NCBI GenBank assembly: GCA_951406725.2
Contig: OX597824.1
Span: 86,614,001-86,678,000 of the forward strand
Length of the DNA: 64,000 nt
Source of the DNA: Octopus vulgaris
Lineage: Eukaryota
Reading direction: 5' to 3'
Below the pieces are notes generated by a model. It had not been told where the DNA came from. It saw nothing but the letters and a program-made list of their open reading frames with translations, and ran no database searches. Position numbers and translations under genes: made by a program. Positions 63,614-64,000 of the stretch are shown piece by piece (the stretch's first letter is position 1; the number at the start of each line of letters is the position of its first letter).

Positions 63614-64000
63614 AGAGGAAAATCTAAATCATAATTTGATGTATTCCTACATTTCCTTGAGACATTAATGCCATAAGTTTTTGTTCAAGCAAAGAACTTA
63701 CTTTCTGACATAGCACATACCAAACATCTAAAAGAACAGGAAGAACGAGATTTTTATCTTACAGGGGATGGAATATAAACCAAAACCTAAACATTTAAAA
63801 CCCTTTAGCATTCACACTACTCTGTCAAATATAACGTCTGCTTTCCATGCTAGCATGGGTTGGACGATTTTGACTGAGGGCTGGCGAACCAGATGGCTGC
63901 ACCAGGCTCCAATCTGCCATTGTTTTGAATCAAACATGCACTATTTTTGTAGCTTCAAGAGTTCAACAACATCATTGTTAGGCATGAGAGACCAAACCTG

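Overview
This is AT-rich, repeat-dense animal genomic DNA. The SINE, MITE and microsatellite landscape suggests a cephalopod, probably Octopus (inference). Three protein-coding genes are supported. (1) An intronless BTB-BACK gene with a divergent C-terminal domain, - strand, 8552-10606. (2) A complete 8-exon eIF3k gene, + strand, 17543-31330, 231 aa, whose intron 3 is a U12-type GT-AG minor-spliceosome intron. (3) The last eight coding exons of a - strand gene (54066-61712, 5' end outside the window) resembling the uncharacterised S9/alpha-beta-hydrolase 'ARB_06907-like' family. The rest is tRNA-derived SINEs with shuffled modules, piggyBac-type and Tc2-type MITEs, non-autonomous Helitrons, RTE/CR1/Tx1 LINE fragments, a solo LTR and long (TA/CA)n tracts. 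The most unusual signal is a pair of related Penelope/retrozyme-like non-coding elements with minimal type I hammerhead ribozymes. One has a canonical core (31082-31121). The other has a compensatory U3-A8 core (56036-56079) inside a 328-bp terminally redundant unit on the sense strand of a host intron. Nearly all ORFs in the supplied track are repeat artefacts. Coordinates were read by eye; repeat boundaries are approximate.
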